Shown here piece by piece: positions 28,306 through 38,373 of a DNA stretch of 64,000 nucleotides. A program made the position numbers and the translations under genes. The notes under the pieces are model-generated. The model searched no databases and had not been told where the DNA came from. It saw nothing but the letters and a program-made list of their open reading frames with translations. The stretch covers positions 1,489-65,488 of the forward strand of contig CALCZR010000059.1 in NCBI GenBank assembly GCA_937903325.1, read 5' to 3'. This DNA is from an uncultured Candidatus Saccharibacteria bacterium. GTDB taxonomy: Bacteria > Patescibacteriota > Saccharimonadia > Saccharimonadales > AWTP1-31. Positions within the stretch are counted from its first letter, which is position 1, and each line of letters starts with the position of its first letter.

Positions 28306-28336
28306 CCACTTCCCTATTAAAGTTGCAGGCTAGCGA

Positions 28337-29392
28337 CTAGGGTTTGATATAGAGACTAGCCTTCTTCTTATCTTTGAGATCGTTCAGATACGCACTAATA
28401 TCCTTAAAGGTAAAGGTAATATGTGCAGCTCGGACCTTATCACCCTGCATCTCCATGTTCTTTACAATCTCTAGGCTATACCCGGCATTAATCACCCCAG
28501 ATACCTCGCCAGCTTTGAGCTTAAACAATGCCGCAGAGGTTTGCGCAGCTATATCTCGATTAGACTTGTCTATTGGGAAGCCATATTCTCCCCCGTTCTC
28601 TTTACTACCAAGATCATCCGAGTACTTCTTAGCAACGGACGCAAAGTCAGCTCCACCATCTAGTTCCTTCTTGGCTGCATTTGCCCGGGCCACGACTTCT
28701 GGGTCCATAACAGGGAGCAGCTTCTGAGCTAATAACTGCTGCTTTAAGCTTCGCTTGAAATCATTAACAGTCCAGCCCCAATACTCCTTAAGCACATCTT
28801 CGAACACCTTATCGTTCTCACCAAGTCGGTTCTGGGTACGCACAATCTGTATTTCAGTGTCCACTTCCTTATCGCTAACCGTTACCTTCTTCTCTTTAGC
28901 CAACTGCTTTACGTAGGCATCGTCGACAACTTTCTCTAGCGCACGCTTTTTAAACTGCGCTAACTGCTGCTTACCCGACTCTGACTTGAAGTCTAACTTC
29001 TGTTGATTCTGGTAGTAGTGGATGTAGTGTCTTAGTTCAAATAGGTAGTTCTCGTACGCCACAAAGCTGTTGCCTGCTTTAGCTACGGGGAATGGAATAA
29101 CCCTGGTTACCCCATACAGGAAGGATGAGTGTGACTTGAGCTTGTACAGCGATACGGTTGCGTAACCAAAGAAACCGACAATGGTAGCGATAAAGATAGT
29201 AGTCGTGACAAGCACAATCTTGTGTTTAGACTGCTGTAAGGGGTAGATATACTTACGAGCACTCGAGAGCACTTCTTCTCGGTGCTCAGCTACAGTCTCG
29301 TTAGTAATGCGTGGCGCCTGGTTTGCCTGGTCGTCAGTACTGTTAGAAGATCTACCTGCCTTCTGCTTTATCTTACTTAGGTACTTTTTCAT
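28337..29392 (-). CDS. membrane-anchored parvulin-type peptidyl-prolyl isomerase (PrsA/SurA-like)
   Basis: N-terminal TM; ADFASVAKKYSDDLGSKENGGEYGF parvulin signature. Confidence 0.75.
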   Translation of the reverse strand: MKKYLSKIKQKAGRSSNSTDDQANQAPRITNETVAEHREEVLSSARKYIYPLQQSKHKIVLVTTTIFIATIVGFFGYATVSLYKLKSHSSFLYGVTRVIPFPVAKAGNSFVAYENYLFELRHYIHYYQNQQKLDFKSESGKQQLAQFKKRALEKVVDDAYVKQLAKEKKVTVSDKEVDTEIQIVRTQNRLGENDKVFEDVLKEYWGWTVNDFKRSLKQQLLAQKLLPVMDPEVVARANAAKKELDGGADFASVAKKYSDDLGSKENGGEYGFPIDKSNRDIAAQTSAALFKLKAGEVSGVINAGYSLEIVKNMEMQGDKVRAAHITFTFKDISAYLNDLKDKKKASLYIKP

Positions 29393-29955
29393 TTTTCACC
29401 CTCTTCTTTGTCATCGTTAGTGGCCTGCGGCTCAATTTCTTCCGCCACAATTCCCTGCTCTCGTAATACGGTAGAAAGCTGGCGTATAACCTTAGCGGGA
29501 TGGTGGACTTCATGAATCACCATGTCCCCCATATAGGTTTGTATAACTATTGTACCAAACCCCAGTAATGTCGCTTGCACGCCACGCACCTCATAGTTGG
29601 TGGACTGAATCTTAGCCAAGCCAAGATCCACAACACTCTTATGAAACAGGCCTTTCTGGGTAATCTGTATAAACCGTTGGTCAGTCACGATAAAGACACT
29701 GTAGTACCAAGCAATCCAGGATGGCAGCATGAGGAGTAGTCCTAAGATAAACCCGATGCCTAGTCCGCCAAAAAACCAACCAAAGCCAAGGGCCGGTCGG
29801 ATAAACGCCGGTATGATCCCAAACAGCGGTCCCAGGCAAGCTAAGATGAGTCCCTTGCGCATTACAATCGGGTGTTTACGAAAGAGAAACAGTACTTCTT
29901 CGTCATCAAATTGGTCATCAAAGTATTTGACGTGTTCTTTTTGTTTTTCTGCCAT
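29389..29955 (-). CDS. bacterial PH-domain (YdbS/YdbT-like) membrane protein
   Basis: EEVLFLFRKHPIVM...two TM helices...FIVTDQRFIQI. I moved the start to Met40 (29955) because the track start at 30072 overlaps tRNA-Arg. Confidence 0.7.
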   Translation of the reverse strand: MAEKQKEHVKYFDDQFDDEEVLFLFRKHPIVMRKGLILACLGPLFGIIPAFIRPALGFGWFFGGLGIGFILGLLLMLPSWIAWYYSVFIVTDQRFIQITQKGLFHKSVVDLGLAKIQSTNYEVRGVQATLLGFGTIVIQTYMGDMVIHEVHHPAKVIRQLSTVLREQGIVAEEIEPQATNDDKEEGEK

Positions 29956-30057
29956 AAGCGCATTATACCCTAGACACTCATAACGCACACCTGTTATCTC
30001 CTGATAATGCTGTATACTGTCAGGGTAAAAGCCACTTGTGGCCACACCCAAGTACAG

Positions 30058-30132
30058 GTCCCCATAGTTCAATGGATAGAATACCTCCGTCCTAAGGAGT
30101 AGATAGCGGTTCGAATCCGTTTGGGGATACCA
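30058..30132 (+). tRNA. tRNA-Arg (CCU)
   Basis: Hand-folded: GTCCCCA/TGGGGAT acceptor stem, D arm GTTC/GAAT, anticodon loop GTCCTAA, AGCGG-TTCGAAT-CCGTT, discriminator A, encoded CCA. Confidence 0.8.
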
Positions 30133-30165
30133 AAAAACCGGCTTTGAGCCGGTATTTCATTTTCT
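30132..30165. terminator. bidirectional intrinsic terminator (tRNA-Arg / ndk)
   Basis: AAAAAACCGGC-TTTGA-GCCGGTATTTCATTTT. Confidence 0.7.
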
Positions 30166-30196
30166 CACCACAAGTCAGCGGCCTTCTATAGGTCGG

Positions 30197-30661
30197 CTAC
30201 TCTCGTTCGGAGGGAGCGTATACCTGGCTTAGGTGGTCTTTCTGGTAATCGAACAACTCTGTATCACTAAAGAAACGTTCTACTTCTTGTTTACCGTTCT
30301 CAACAGAATCTGAAGCGTGGATAAGATTTCGTCCATTGCCAATAGAAAGGTCACCACGAATCGTTCCAGCAACTGCCTGGCGTGGATTAGTAGCCCCGAC
30401 GATTAAACGCACCGTATCAACTGCTTCGTAACCCTGAAGTGCCAGAATAACTACGGGAGAACTTTGCATGAATGACTCAACGTCTTTATAGAACGGCTTG
30501 TCAACAATATGTGCATAATGACTGCCAAGCAAAGCTTTATCTAGACGCATCATTTTCATTCCAACAATATCCAAGCCCTTGCGCTCTAGCCGCTGAATAA
30601 TTTCACCAATTAGGTCACGCTGCAATGCATCTGGCTTGAGAATAATAAGTGTTCGTTCCAC
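30197..30661 (-). CDS. ndk: nucleoside-diphosphate kinase
   Basis: ERTLIILKPDALQR...GTIRGDL...NLIHASDS; GTG start. Confidence 0.93.
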   Translation of the reverse strand: MERTLIILKPDALQRDLIGEIIQRLERKGLDIVGMKMMRLDKALLGSHYAHIVDKPFYKDVESFMQSSPVVILALQGYEAVDTVRLIVGATNPRQAVAGTIRGDLSIGNGRNLIHASDSVENGKQEVERFFSDTELFDYQKDHLSQVYAPSERE

Positions 30662-30730
30662 GTAGATCCTTTTCTGTTACAAGGGTAATTATACCAGAAA
30701 GTCCCGTTCAATAAGGTTATACTAATAAGT

Positions 30731-31645
30731 ATGCTCCTATCTAAAGCCAAAACAGACTTTCTAGAATACCTCGAGATTGAACAAAACCGTTCACAGAAAA
30801 CCATTGCTAACTATGATCACTACCTCACCAGATTACTCGACTATGCTGGTGAGATCAGCGTAGCAGAAATAGATGCCGAACTTATCCGTAAATGGCGGCT
30901 GTGGCTGAATCGCCTCGGGACCAACACCAGTGATGAACTTCAGAAAACTACCCAAAACTATCACCTGATAGCCCTCCGAAGCTTTCTTAAGTACTGTGCT
31001 AAACGAGATATTCCCGCCCTTCCCCCCGCAAAGATTGAACTAGCCCGTACCGTACGTAAACAGGTAACGTTTCTAACGCCTGAGGAGCTCCAGCGACTCT
31101 TCGACCAACCTGACATCTCCACTATCGGGGGTCTCCGTGATCGTGCAATCCTCGAATTGTTATTCAGTAGTGGCCTCCGTGTCAGTGAACTCGTAGGCCT
31201 GGATAAAGATCATGTGAACCTCAAACGTCGAGAATTCATGGTAAGAGGTAAAGGGCAAAAAGATAGGCCAATCTTCATTAGTGAAGCTGCCGCCAACTGG
31301 TTGCAGTCCTACCTAGACGAGCGAGATGACAATGTGAAACCATTATTTATACGTTACAGCGGTCAGAAAAAAGTAGATCTTAGCGGTAACTTCCACCGTC
31401 TTACTGCCCGCAGTGTTCAGCGACTTGTTAGTCGCTATGCCCTACTCGCAGGTATCACTAAACACGTTTCTCCCCATTCACTTCGTCACAGTTTCGCCAC
31501 TGACCTACTCATGAATGGCGCAGACCTCCGTAGTGTACAGGCACTGCTAGGCCATAGTAACATTGCAACCACTCAGATCTATACACACGTCACCGACCCG
31601 CATCTAAAGTCAGTGCATGAGAAGTTTCACCGAAAAGAAAGCTAG
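30731..31645 (+). CDS. XerC/XerD-family tyrosine recombinase
   Basis: SAM-like N-terminal domain; catalytic LRHSFATDLL...LGHSNIATTQIYTHV. Confidence 0.88.
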   Translation: MLLSKAKTDFLEYLEIEQNRSQKTIANYDHYLTRLLDYAGEISVAEIDAELIRKWRLWLNRLGTNTSDELQKTTQNYHLIALRSFLKYCAKRDIPALPPAKIELARTVRKQVTFLTPEELQRLFDQPDISTIGGLRDRAILELLFSSGLRVSELVGLDKDHVNLKRREFMVRGKGQKDRPIFISEAAANWLQSYLDERDDNVKPLFIRYSGQKKVDLSGNFHRLTARSVQRLVSRYALLAGITKHVSPHSLRHSFATDLLMNGADLRSVQALLGHSNIATTQIYTHVTDPHLKSVHEKFHRKES

Positions 31646-31668
31646 GTTCGGTAACGGATCGTCTTAGG

Positions 31669-32691
31669 TTACGGTAACGTGATACCGCAGGCGCTGAGAC
31701 TGGTTGCCTCAACACCACCAGGCCAGACTTCTAGTTTCTTACAGATGTCGTTCTTTGACTCAATACCAAACTCTGGGAAGTTATCCATATCGGCAACATC
31801 ACTCACGTCGTCTACGCGCACCTTAATACGCTTCAGCACATCGTTAGCCTTACCTGTTGAATCTATTTCTGCTTGCGAACCCGTGACTAAGGTAATGCCG
31901 CCACATTCGTTCATACACATCTTAACGTCTACCGGGTTATAAATGGCTCTTAGTCGTACATAGTATGTACTTGCAGCGGCAAGTCCGCTAACAACAACCT
32001 TACACTCACTCGTACAATTAGCGCTAACTACGCGACCATTGCTCGATGGGCCCGCAGCACCACCGCTATTAGACGGATACGCAAAGAATGTCAGCATATT
32101 ATTAGATAGACTCGTAGGACTCAAGCTACCCGACAGAGGGATAACGTCTACCCGTAGCGCACCAATATTACCAGCGCCCCAAGCGCTATAGGCCGGGAAC
32201 TCTCCCACACTCCGACCAGTCAGATTGGCACCGCCGCCCTGGGCTGTCCAGGTAATGGTTAGTCCTGTTATGTTCACGGGTGCCCCGCCACTTACTGCAT
32301 TCATAGGGATAATACGTGATTCATCTGGGGTGATAACATGCTGCGTAGAAGGTAGTTCTTGCTTTATAAGCAGACAACTGTAGCTAATTTGCCCGTCACT
32401 GCTAATAACGTTGTTCTTGAGGCTAGGTACACTAGCAATCGGGCCGCAATCAGGCTTATTCGTAGTAAAGTTATCGTCCTTAATAGCTCGTCGTGCATCA
32501 TTAATGCCAGACTCTGCTGCGTAGAAAGCCTGTGTGTTAAGCTGACGATCGAGTGCTTCGCGCTGTTCGCGACGAGCGAGTTGTGCAAACCCCGTAACAA
32601 TAAGGCTGAGTACGATCATTATGATCATTGTTACGAGTATTGATACAATGCCCTGCTCATTGCTTTGTACTAAAGATTGTTTTTTGTTCAT
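31669..32691 (-). CDS. PilX-N-like pilus assembly protein
   Basis: QGIVSILVTMIIMIVLSLIVTGFAQLARREQREALDRQLNTQAFYAAESG; last gene of the pilin cluster. Confidence 0.65.
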   Translation of the reverse strand: MNKKQSLVQSNEQGIVSILVTMIIMIVLSLIVTGFAQLARREQREALDRQLNTQAFYAAESGINDARRAIKDDNFTTNKPDCGPIASVPSLKNNVISSDGQISYSCLLIKQELPSTQHVITPDESRIIPMNAVSGGAPVNITGLTITWTAQGGGANLTGRSVGEFPAYSAWGAGNIGALRVDVIPLSGSLSPTSLSNNMLTFFAYPSNSGGAAGPSSNGRVVSANCTSECKVVVSGLAAASTYYVRLRAIYNPVDVKMCMNECGGITLVTGSQAEIDSTGKANDVLKRIKVRVDDVSDVADMDNFPEFGIESKNDICKKLEVWPGGVEATSLSACGITLP

Positions 32692-32706
32692 ACTTCTTAT
32701 CCTTAC

Positions 32707-33327
32707 CTATTGTATCCTACGCTGAACCGATGTGTTAAATGTAGACGTTGCACAGAATTGACTACCGGCTCCAGGGTTACATTTTCCAGCCGTCAATTGA
32801 TCATCATCGCCATATGCAACCGATAAATTAATATCAAAGCTTTCATCATCCTTCTCTGTTATAGCCAAATCCACAATCCTCATGTTCTCACCGAGAAGCT
32901 CTCTGGCACTGCCTTTACTAAAGTCGAAGACACATCCACCACCAGTTGGCAGCTCATCCATAAGAAGTGCCCAGTTAGTACCCTGTACTCGAGTATTCCT
33001 ATTGAAACGGTATCGAACGTTCCCAGTACAGAAGACGCCATTACTCTGGGTGGTGGCCACGATCTCTCGGGCAGGACCAGTCATGGTATCAACAGCGTTT
33101 GTCAGCACGCCTCGCCCACCATACTGAATAGCCTGCGAGATATTATCTATGGCGCCACGGTTGATATTCTGGGTCCTAACAGCAGTACTTCCCTTATAGA
33201 AGGTATTACCAATCTGGATAAGTCCGTAAGTGCACAACAGCAATATCGTCGAGAACACAGTCGTTGCAATAAGTAATTCAAGGAGTGTAAAACCATTCTG
33301 TGACTGACCTATATTCTTAATTTGCAT
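32707..33327 (-). CDS. type IV minor pilin (prepilin-type N-terminal cleavage/methylation domain)
   Basis: QNG|FTLLELLIATTVFS. Confidence 0.8.
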   Translation of the reverse strand: MQIKNIGQSQNGFTLLELLIATTVFSTILLLCTYGLIQIGNTFYKGSTAVRTQNINRGAIDNISQAIQYGGRGVLTNAVDTMTGPAREIVATTQSNGVFCTGNVRYRFNRNTRVQGTNWALLMDELPTGGGCVFDFSKGSARELLGENMRIVDLAITEKDDESFDINLSVAYGDDDQLTAGKCNPGAGSQFCATSTFNTSVQRRIQ

Positions 33328-33788
33328 TACGGAACCAGTTTCACCCTTCCGACACGGTAATCCATAGCCACTTGCTGTTGTACACCGGACAGACCGTCCC
33401 AGGTAATCGTTGCGGTGAAGGTATATCTAAAGGTCGTGGAGCCATCCCCTGGGTTTGGAGCTCGTCGGATAGTTATATGGTACAAGTCTTTGGTACAGTC
33501 ACTTGCCGTATCAACAACTACTAAACCCGCGCTAGTACCGCAAAAGGGGCCTGGATCAGTTGGAGCAACAAGGGCGGTATTGGTATTTACCAGCGTATCA
33601 AGCTGCTCAACAGCGGACTGAGCCACACGTTGCGCTTCTCCACGTTCCTGAGACATCCGAATCTGTTTGTAACTACTGTTGGAGACTGCAAACGCCCCGG
33701 TAAGCACTAGGCTAACAATTGCCGCGGCAATCAGAACCTCAACAATAGTATCGCCTACCTGGTTAAGTCGCTTTATCATAGGTTGCAC
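33327..33788 (-). CDS. type IV minor pilin-like protein
   Basis: QVG|DTIVEVLIAAAIVS; Glu+5 retained, atypical +1 residue. Confidence 0.7.
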   Translation of the reverse strand: MQPMIKRLNQVGDTIVEVLIAAAIVSLVLTGAFAVSNSSYKQIRMSQERGEAQRVAQSAVEQLDTLVNTNTALVAPTDPGPFCGTSAGLVVVDTASDCTKDLYHITIRRAPNPGDGSTTFRYTFTATITWDGLSGVQQQVAMDYRVGRVKLVP

Positions 33789-34594
33789 TCCCCTGTATCG
33801 ATCACCATCGATGTAGAGGCGCCACTTCTACCATTCTCGCTACCTATAGTGATAATCGCCCGCTGTCCATCTGCCGAGCTACTATCTAGACAAAGTTTTA
33901 TTGCCTTATTACTGTTCGCATCGTAACTTGCCTGCGTTAAGCCGCCAAGCACAGAGGCCACGTTACCATTCATGCCTAAAAAGTCAGTTTGCTGTGCAGA
34001 TGTCTCGAGTTGATCCGTATGACCGGCAACCGTAGACCGTTTTCCAAGCGTACTAAAGAAGCCCACAGCCGTCAGGTTATGGCCGTCGATATCCTTTAAG
34101 CTGGCACCGGCTGGCGATACTCTAAAACGCAGACCGTTACGGTAGCTAACTACCTGTTCAGTTCCTGCGGTTCTAGTAATAAGTGTTGGTGAGGCACCGC
34201 TAATAGTAGTTACTTCTCCCCCTGAACTATCTGTTCGCAGCCCAACGACGTCACGTATGGTAAAGGAATCGGGGCTATTAAAGTCGAGAACGCGGCCGAG
34301 AAAGACGCAATCTTTGTTAGTACCTCTGGCCTTTGACCCACCGTCACTGGCAACGGGGTTACCTCCAGACACAGTACAGGTAACATCGTCACTACCTGTG
34401 TAATAGCCATTGGCAACATTGTTAACAACCGCATTAACCTGCTGCAAAACATCATTGGCAGCTTGCGTGAACTGAGTTTTGCCTTGTGTACCAGAGATAA
34501 AATACAGAGCACTTACTAATAAGGCTCCCGAGACAGCCAAAAATATCAAGACCTCGACAATAGTAAACCCTTGGGGTTGTCGCCCACGCTTCAT
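33776..34594 (-). CDS. type IV minor pilin
   Basis: QPQG|FTIVEVLIFLAVSG. Confidence 0.8.
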   Translation of the reverse strand: MKRGRQPQGFTIVEVLIFLAVSGALLVSALYFISGTQGKTQFTQAANDVLQQVNAVVNNVANGYYTGSDDVTCTVSGGNPVASDGGSKARGTNKDCVFLGRVLDFNSPDSFTIRDVVGLRTDSSGGEVTTISGASPTLITRTAGTEQVVSYRNGLRFRVSPAGASLKDIDGHNLTAVGFFSTLGKRSTVAGHTDQLETSAQQTDFLGMNGNVASVLGGLTQASYDANSNKAIKLCLDSSSADGQRAIITIGSENGRSGASTSMVIDTGECNL

Positions 34595-34628
34595 GAGGTT
34601 AGTATAGCATAAGCATTAACGCCAACAG

Positions 34629-35447
34629 CTATATTCCAGCCGCAGCACGGTACCAGCCAACAATGTCCCCACCGAAGAGGTAGACCAATATTGTAGCCAA
34701 GATCAAATACGGACCAAAGGGTATCTTAGTAGACTTCTCTGCCTTACCAACCAGAACCAGTGGCAACGCCACCAAAGTGCCAAAAATGGAGGCCAAGAAT
34801 ATGCACAACAAGCTACGTACAGGCCCACCAAGCAGTAAACCGTACACTACACCAAGCTTTACATCTCCCCCCCCTATAAGACGCCCATTCGACAACTGGA
34901 ACAGCAACCAGAATAAGCCTGCACCGAACAACACGCCCCATAACGCCCCCAGCAGTCTATCGACTCCCCCGCTCCAGAAGACCTCCACGACCACTTGGCC
35001 AAGTACTAGGGCCATGAGAACAAATACGATTCTGTTAGGTAACAGCTTCCACCGCAAATCATATATGCAAAGTGCCACAAATCCCACGAGCAGCACTAAC
35101 CACACCGCAAACAACATAAGGCCTTTTGCCTCAAAGCCGTATGGCCAGAATGCATAGGACACTATAAACAGTAGTGGCGTTAGAAGTTCAGAGAATGGAT
35201 TATCTGGGATCGGCTTATGGCAGTATCGGCACTTGCCGCGTAAGGTAATCCAGCTTAATACCGGAACTAAATCCTTAGCAGCCAGACCATGCCCACAATG
35301 CACACACATCGATCTGCCTCTAGATATAGATAGATCCTTGGGCTTAAACTTAGATCTCTTCTTTTGCTGCTCATACAGCCGCCACACAAGCGCATTAACA
35401 AAGCTGCCAAAACACAGCCCAAGCAGTACAAGAATAGCGATAACCAT
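34629..35447 (-). CDS. pilD: prepilin peptidase (A24 family)
   Basis: FGSFVNALVWRL, CxxC...CxxC zinc-binding motif, GGGDVKL; multi-TM. Confidence 0.9.
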   Translation of the reverse strand: MVIAILVLLGLCFGSFVNALVWRLYEQQKKRSKFKPKDLSISRGRSMCVHCGHGLAAKDLVPVLSWITLRGKCRYCHKPIPDNPFSELLTPLLFIVSYAFWPYGFEAKGLMLFAVWLVLLVGFVALCIYDLRWKLLPNRIVFVLMALVLGQVVVEVFWSGGVDRLLGALWGVLFGAGLFWLLFQLSNGRLIGGGDVKLGVVYGLLLGGPVRSLLCIFLASIFGTLVALPLVLVGKAEKSTKIPFGPYLILATILVYLFGGDIVGWYRAAAGI

Positions 35448-35517
35448 AACCTACACCATACCACAAAAGAAAAGAGAGCGACGAATCGCTCTCTTTAGTC
35501 CCTCAAGTCCTTATCTA

Positions 35518-35961
35518 CTAGCTACCTAAGCAGCGAGGAGCGGTACCAGTACCTGAAGTTTCAACCAGGTAGGTAAGCGTAAATGAACGGCTACCACCGC
35601 CGGCACCAGATGTTGTGCCATCAGCACTACACTTTTGTCCGTAGTTAAGTAATGCACCATCCAAAGCTGCAGTTGTGTTAACGAGCTGTTGGTTATCAGT
35701 CATTGTGATATAGCTGTTTACTTTTGCACCGGTAAGCGAGTTACAGCTAGCAACTTTACCGTTGTTGTTGTTCAAACATTCGGTAACTGCTGCTGAGATA
35801 CGTGAGGCATCGTTTGTTCGCTGTGAGTTACGGCTGTTTCGCTGCAATGCAGGGACTGCCAAGAATACGATCAACATGATCAAACCTGCAATAGCAAGGA
35901 CGATCAAGACTTCGATGATCGTGAAGCCTTCCTGTTTACGGTTTTTGATTTTGTTTAGCAT
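35518..35961 (-). CDS. pilA: type IV major pilin
   Basis: KQEG|FTIIEVLIVLAIAGLIM; own promoter and AAGGGGG Shine-Dalgarno; two Cys near the C-terminus. Confidence 0.85.
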   Translation of the reverse strand: MLNKIKNRKQEGFTIIEVLIVLAIAGLIMLIVFLAVPALQRNSRNSQRTNDASRISAAVTECLNNNNGKVASCNSLTGAKVNSYITMTDNQQLVNTTAALDGALLNYGQKCSADGTTSGAGGGSRSFTLTYLVETSGTGTAPRCLGS

Positions 35962-36069
35962 TCTTAATGCCCCCTTAAGATGATTAACGTTGTTTATGCT
36001 TACAATGATACTGCTTCTGCTTTAAAAAGCAAGCACTTTCTTCCCTGTACACCCATGCTAGTGGATAAC

Positions 36070-37287
36070 CTACCCCGCGAGATTCTTGCCCGCAAGACCG
36101 TAGATCGGTAGCAGTACCGCTGCCACGATAATGAACGCAAAGACGCCAAGAATTACCATCAGAGCTGGCTCAATGATGCTCGAGATGTTACGAATTTCTG
36201 TATCAACCTCTTTTTCATAGTAGTCAGCTACCTTTTCAAGCATGGCCTCTAGCGCACCAGACTGCTCGCCAATCCGAAGCATGTTGGGGACTAGTGGCAA
36301 GAAATTGGGGTCACCTTCCAAGGAATCAGATAGTGCCTTACCGCCCTTCACTTTCTCAGAGGCCTTACGAAGTGAACCCTCAACGTGTACGTTACTAATG
36401 GCATCACCAGTAATCTGGAGCATCTGGAGGAGTGGTACACCACTACTAATGAGTGTGGCTCCCGTACGAGCAAAACGCGCCATGTAGACCTTCATAAACA
36501 ATCCACCCACTGGCCATGCCCGCATCTTCAATTTATCAATAACCTGCTTTCCACCAAGTGTTCGTGCCCATCTGCTCATCAGCAGACCAAGGATAGCAAC
36601 TATTATGATAACTATGTACCAATATTTTGTTGCGGCGTGCGAAACAGCCAATAAGATTCGAGTAATTAGCGGCAGCGTTGCTCCTGGCAAGTCGTTATAC
36701 AGTACCTCTACCTGAGGTAACACCTTAATAATCATGAAGCCTACCACCGCGAACATGACACACATAACGACCGCCGGGTAGATCATTGCGCCACGGACCT
36801 TGCTGATAATTTCTGCGTCCTTTTCTTGCTGGTTGGCTAGTCGTTCTAGTGCCTTGTCTAGCGTACCGGATGCCTCACCTGCAGCGACCATGCTAATGAA
36901 CACTTTATTAAAGGCAGTTGGATGACGCCCCAAGGAAGCAGACAGTGCCGAGCCACCTTCTACATCAGATATAACCTGATTAATAATTGCTCGGAGCGCT
37001 TTGTTCTGAGTCTGACTGGCCACATTACGCAAGCTTTGCACTAGGGGCAGTCCGGCATTAATTAGGGTTGAGAGTTGACGAGAGAACAGAACCTTATCAG
37101 ATGTCTTGATACGATGCAGGATCTTACCTAGACCATTCTCAGAATCAATCTGGGCCTTAATACTTAGCGGTGCAAGCCCTTGGTCACGGATAAGTTTAGC
37201 GGCCGCCTGCTCACTTTCAGCAGACACCTCTGATCTAACCTTCTCACCAGTTTTACTGTTGCGGGCCGTATATTCGTAGGTCAGCAT
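36070..37287 (-). CDS. pilC: type IV pilus platform protein PilC (GspF family)
   Basis: 405 aa; duplicated T2SS-F domains; 3 TM helices. Confidence 0.92.
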   Translation of the reverse strand: MLTYEYTARNSKTGEKVRSEVSAESEQAAAKLIRDQGLAPLSIKAQIDSENGLGKILHRIKTSDKVLFSRQLSTLINAGLPLVQSLRNVASQTQNKALRAIINQVISDVEGGSALSASLGRHPTAFNKVFISMVAAGEASGTLDKALERLANQQEKDAEIISKVRGAMIYPAVVMCVMFAVVGFMIIKVLPQVEVLYNDLPGATLPLITRILLAVSHAATKYWYIVIIIVAILGLLMSRWARTLGGKQVIDKLKMRAWPVGGLFMKVYMARFARTGATLISSGVPLLQMLQITGDAISNVHVEGSLRKASEKVKGGKALSDSLEGDPNFLPLVPNMLRIGEQSGALEAMLEKVADYYEKEVDTEIRNISSIIEPALMVILGVFAFIIVAAVLLPIYGLAGKNLAG

Positions 37288-37288
37288 C

Positions 37289-38350
37289 CTAGCCTCGCAT
37301 TAGCCTGTCTAGTTCATCAAGATCAACTGCATAGTTACGTGCCTCATCGTAGGTAATTGTTCCGTTATGGATAAGGCTTACTAACGTTTTATCCATAGAC
37401 TGCATACCAAACTCTGCGCCAGTCTGAATAACTGCTTCAAGTTGGTGGCTCTTACCTTCACGGATAATATTACGCACAGCCGGCGTTGCTATCAGGATTT
37501 CTGCCGCTGCTACGCGACCACCACCAATAGATGGAATAAGACGCTGTGAGCAGATGGCCATCAGGATGTTAGCTAGCTGTGAGCGAATCTGCGGCTGCTG
37601 GTGTGGTGGGAACACATCAATCATACGATCGATACTCTGTGCAGCCGAGTTTGTGTGCAGGGTTGCAAATACAAGGTGACCCGTTTCAGCAATGGTAATA
37701 GCTGAACTAATCGTTTCGAGGTCTCGCATTTCTCCGATGAGTACAACATCAGGGTCTTGACGTAGAGAAGAACGAAGCGCAGCTGAGAATGAATACGTAT
37801 CGTAGTGCACTTCACGCTGGACAATAACTGACTTAATGGACTTATGGGTAAACTCAATTGGATCCTCAATGGTCACAATATGAGTAGCCCGTTCGTGATT
37901 AATCTTATTCACCAATGCAGCAAGTGATGTCGACTTACCGGAGCCAGTAGGACCCGTAACCAATACCAGGCCACGTGGGTAGTCGGCAAACTTATTCACA
38001 ATAGCGGGTAGGCCCAACTGTTCAATACTCAAGATCTCGTTAGGAATAAGACGGAGCGCAGCGGCAAGATTACCCCGTTCGTGAAAGGCGTTTACACGGA
38101 ATCGGCCCAGATCACCAAAGGCAAAACTGAAGTCAAATTCCTTATCTTTAAGCAAAATCTGCTTCTGGTCTTCATCCAAGATGGCAAACACCAAAGCTTC
38201 GACGCTCTCTTCAGTTAGAGGTTCCGTCCCAGCAACTGGGGTTAGTGCACCGTCTACCCTGAGCATAGGCGGCAAACTTACCTGCAAATGGAGGTCAGAA
38301 GCCTTCTTCTTAATGACTTCTTCGAGCAGTATTTCGATTCGTGGTTGCAT
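37289..38350 (-). CDS. pilT: type IV pilus retraction ATPase PilT
   Basis: 353 aa; LVTGPTGSGKSTSL, IVTIEDPIEF, GHLVFATLHTNSA. Confidence 0.92.
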   Translation of the reverse strand: MQPRIEILLEEVIKKKASDLHLQVSLPPMLRVDGALTPVAGTEPLTEESVEALVFAILDEDQKQILLKDKEFDFSFAFGDLGRFRVNAFHERGNLAAALRLIPNEILSIEQLGLPAIVNKFADYPRGLVLVTGPTGSGKSTSLAALVNKINHERATHIVTIEDPIEFTHKSIKSVIVQREVHYDTYSFSAALRSSLRQDPDVVLIGEMRDLETISSAITIAETGHLVFATLHTNSAAQSIDRMIDVFPPHQQPQIRSQLANILMAICSQRLIPSIGGGRVAAAEILIATPAVRNIIREGKSHQLEAVIQTGAEFGMQSMDKTLVSLIHNGTITYDEARNYAVDLDELDRLMRG

Positions 38351-38373
38351 GTACTCCCTACCCCTTATGCCTA

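Noticed and set aside
29956-30072. A 39-aa N-terminal extension of the PH-domain protein as given in the ORF track.
   Set aside because: The extension overlaps the 5' part of tRNA-Arg(CCU) on the opposite strand, and a better start (Met40) exists.
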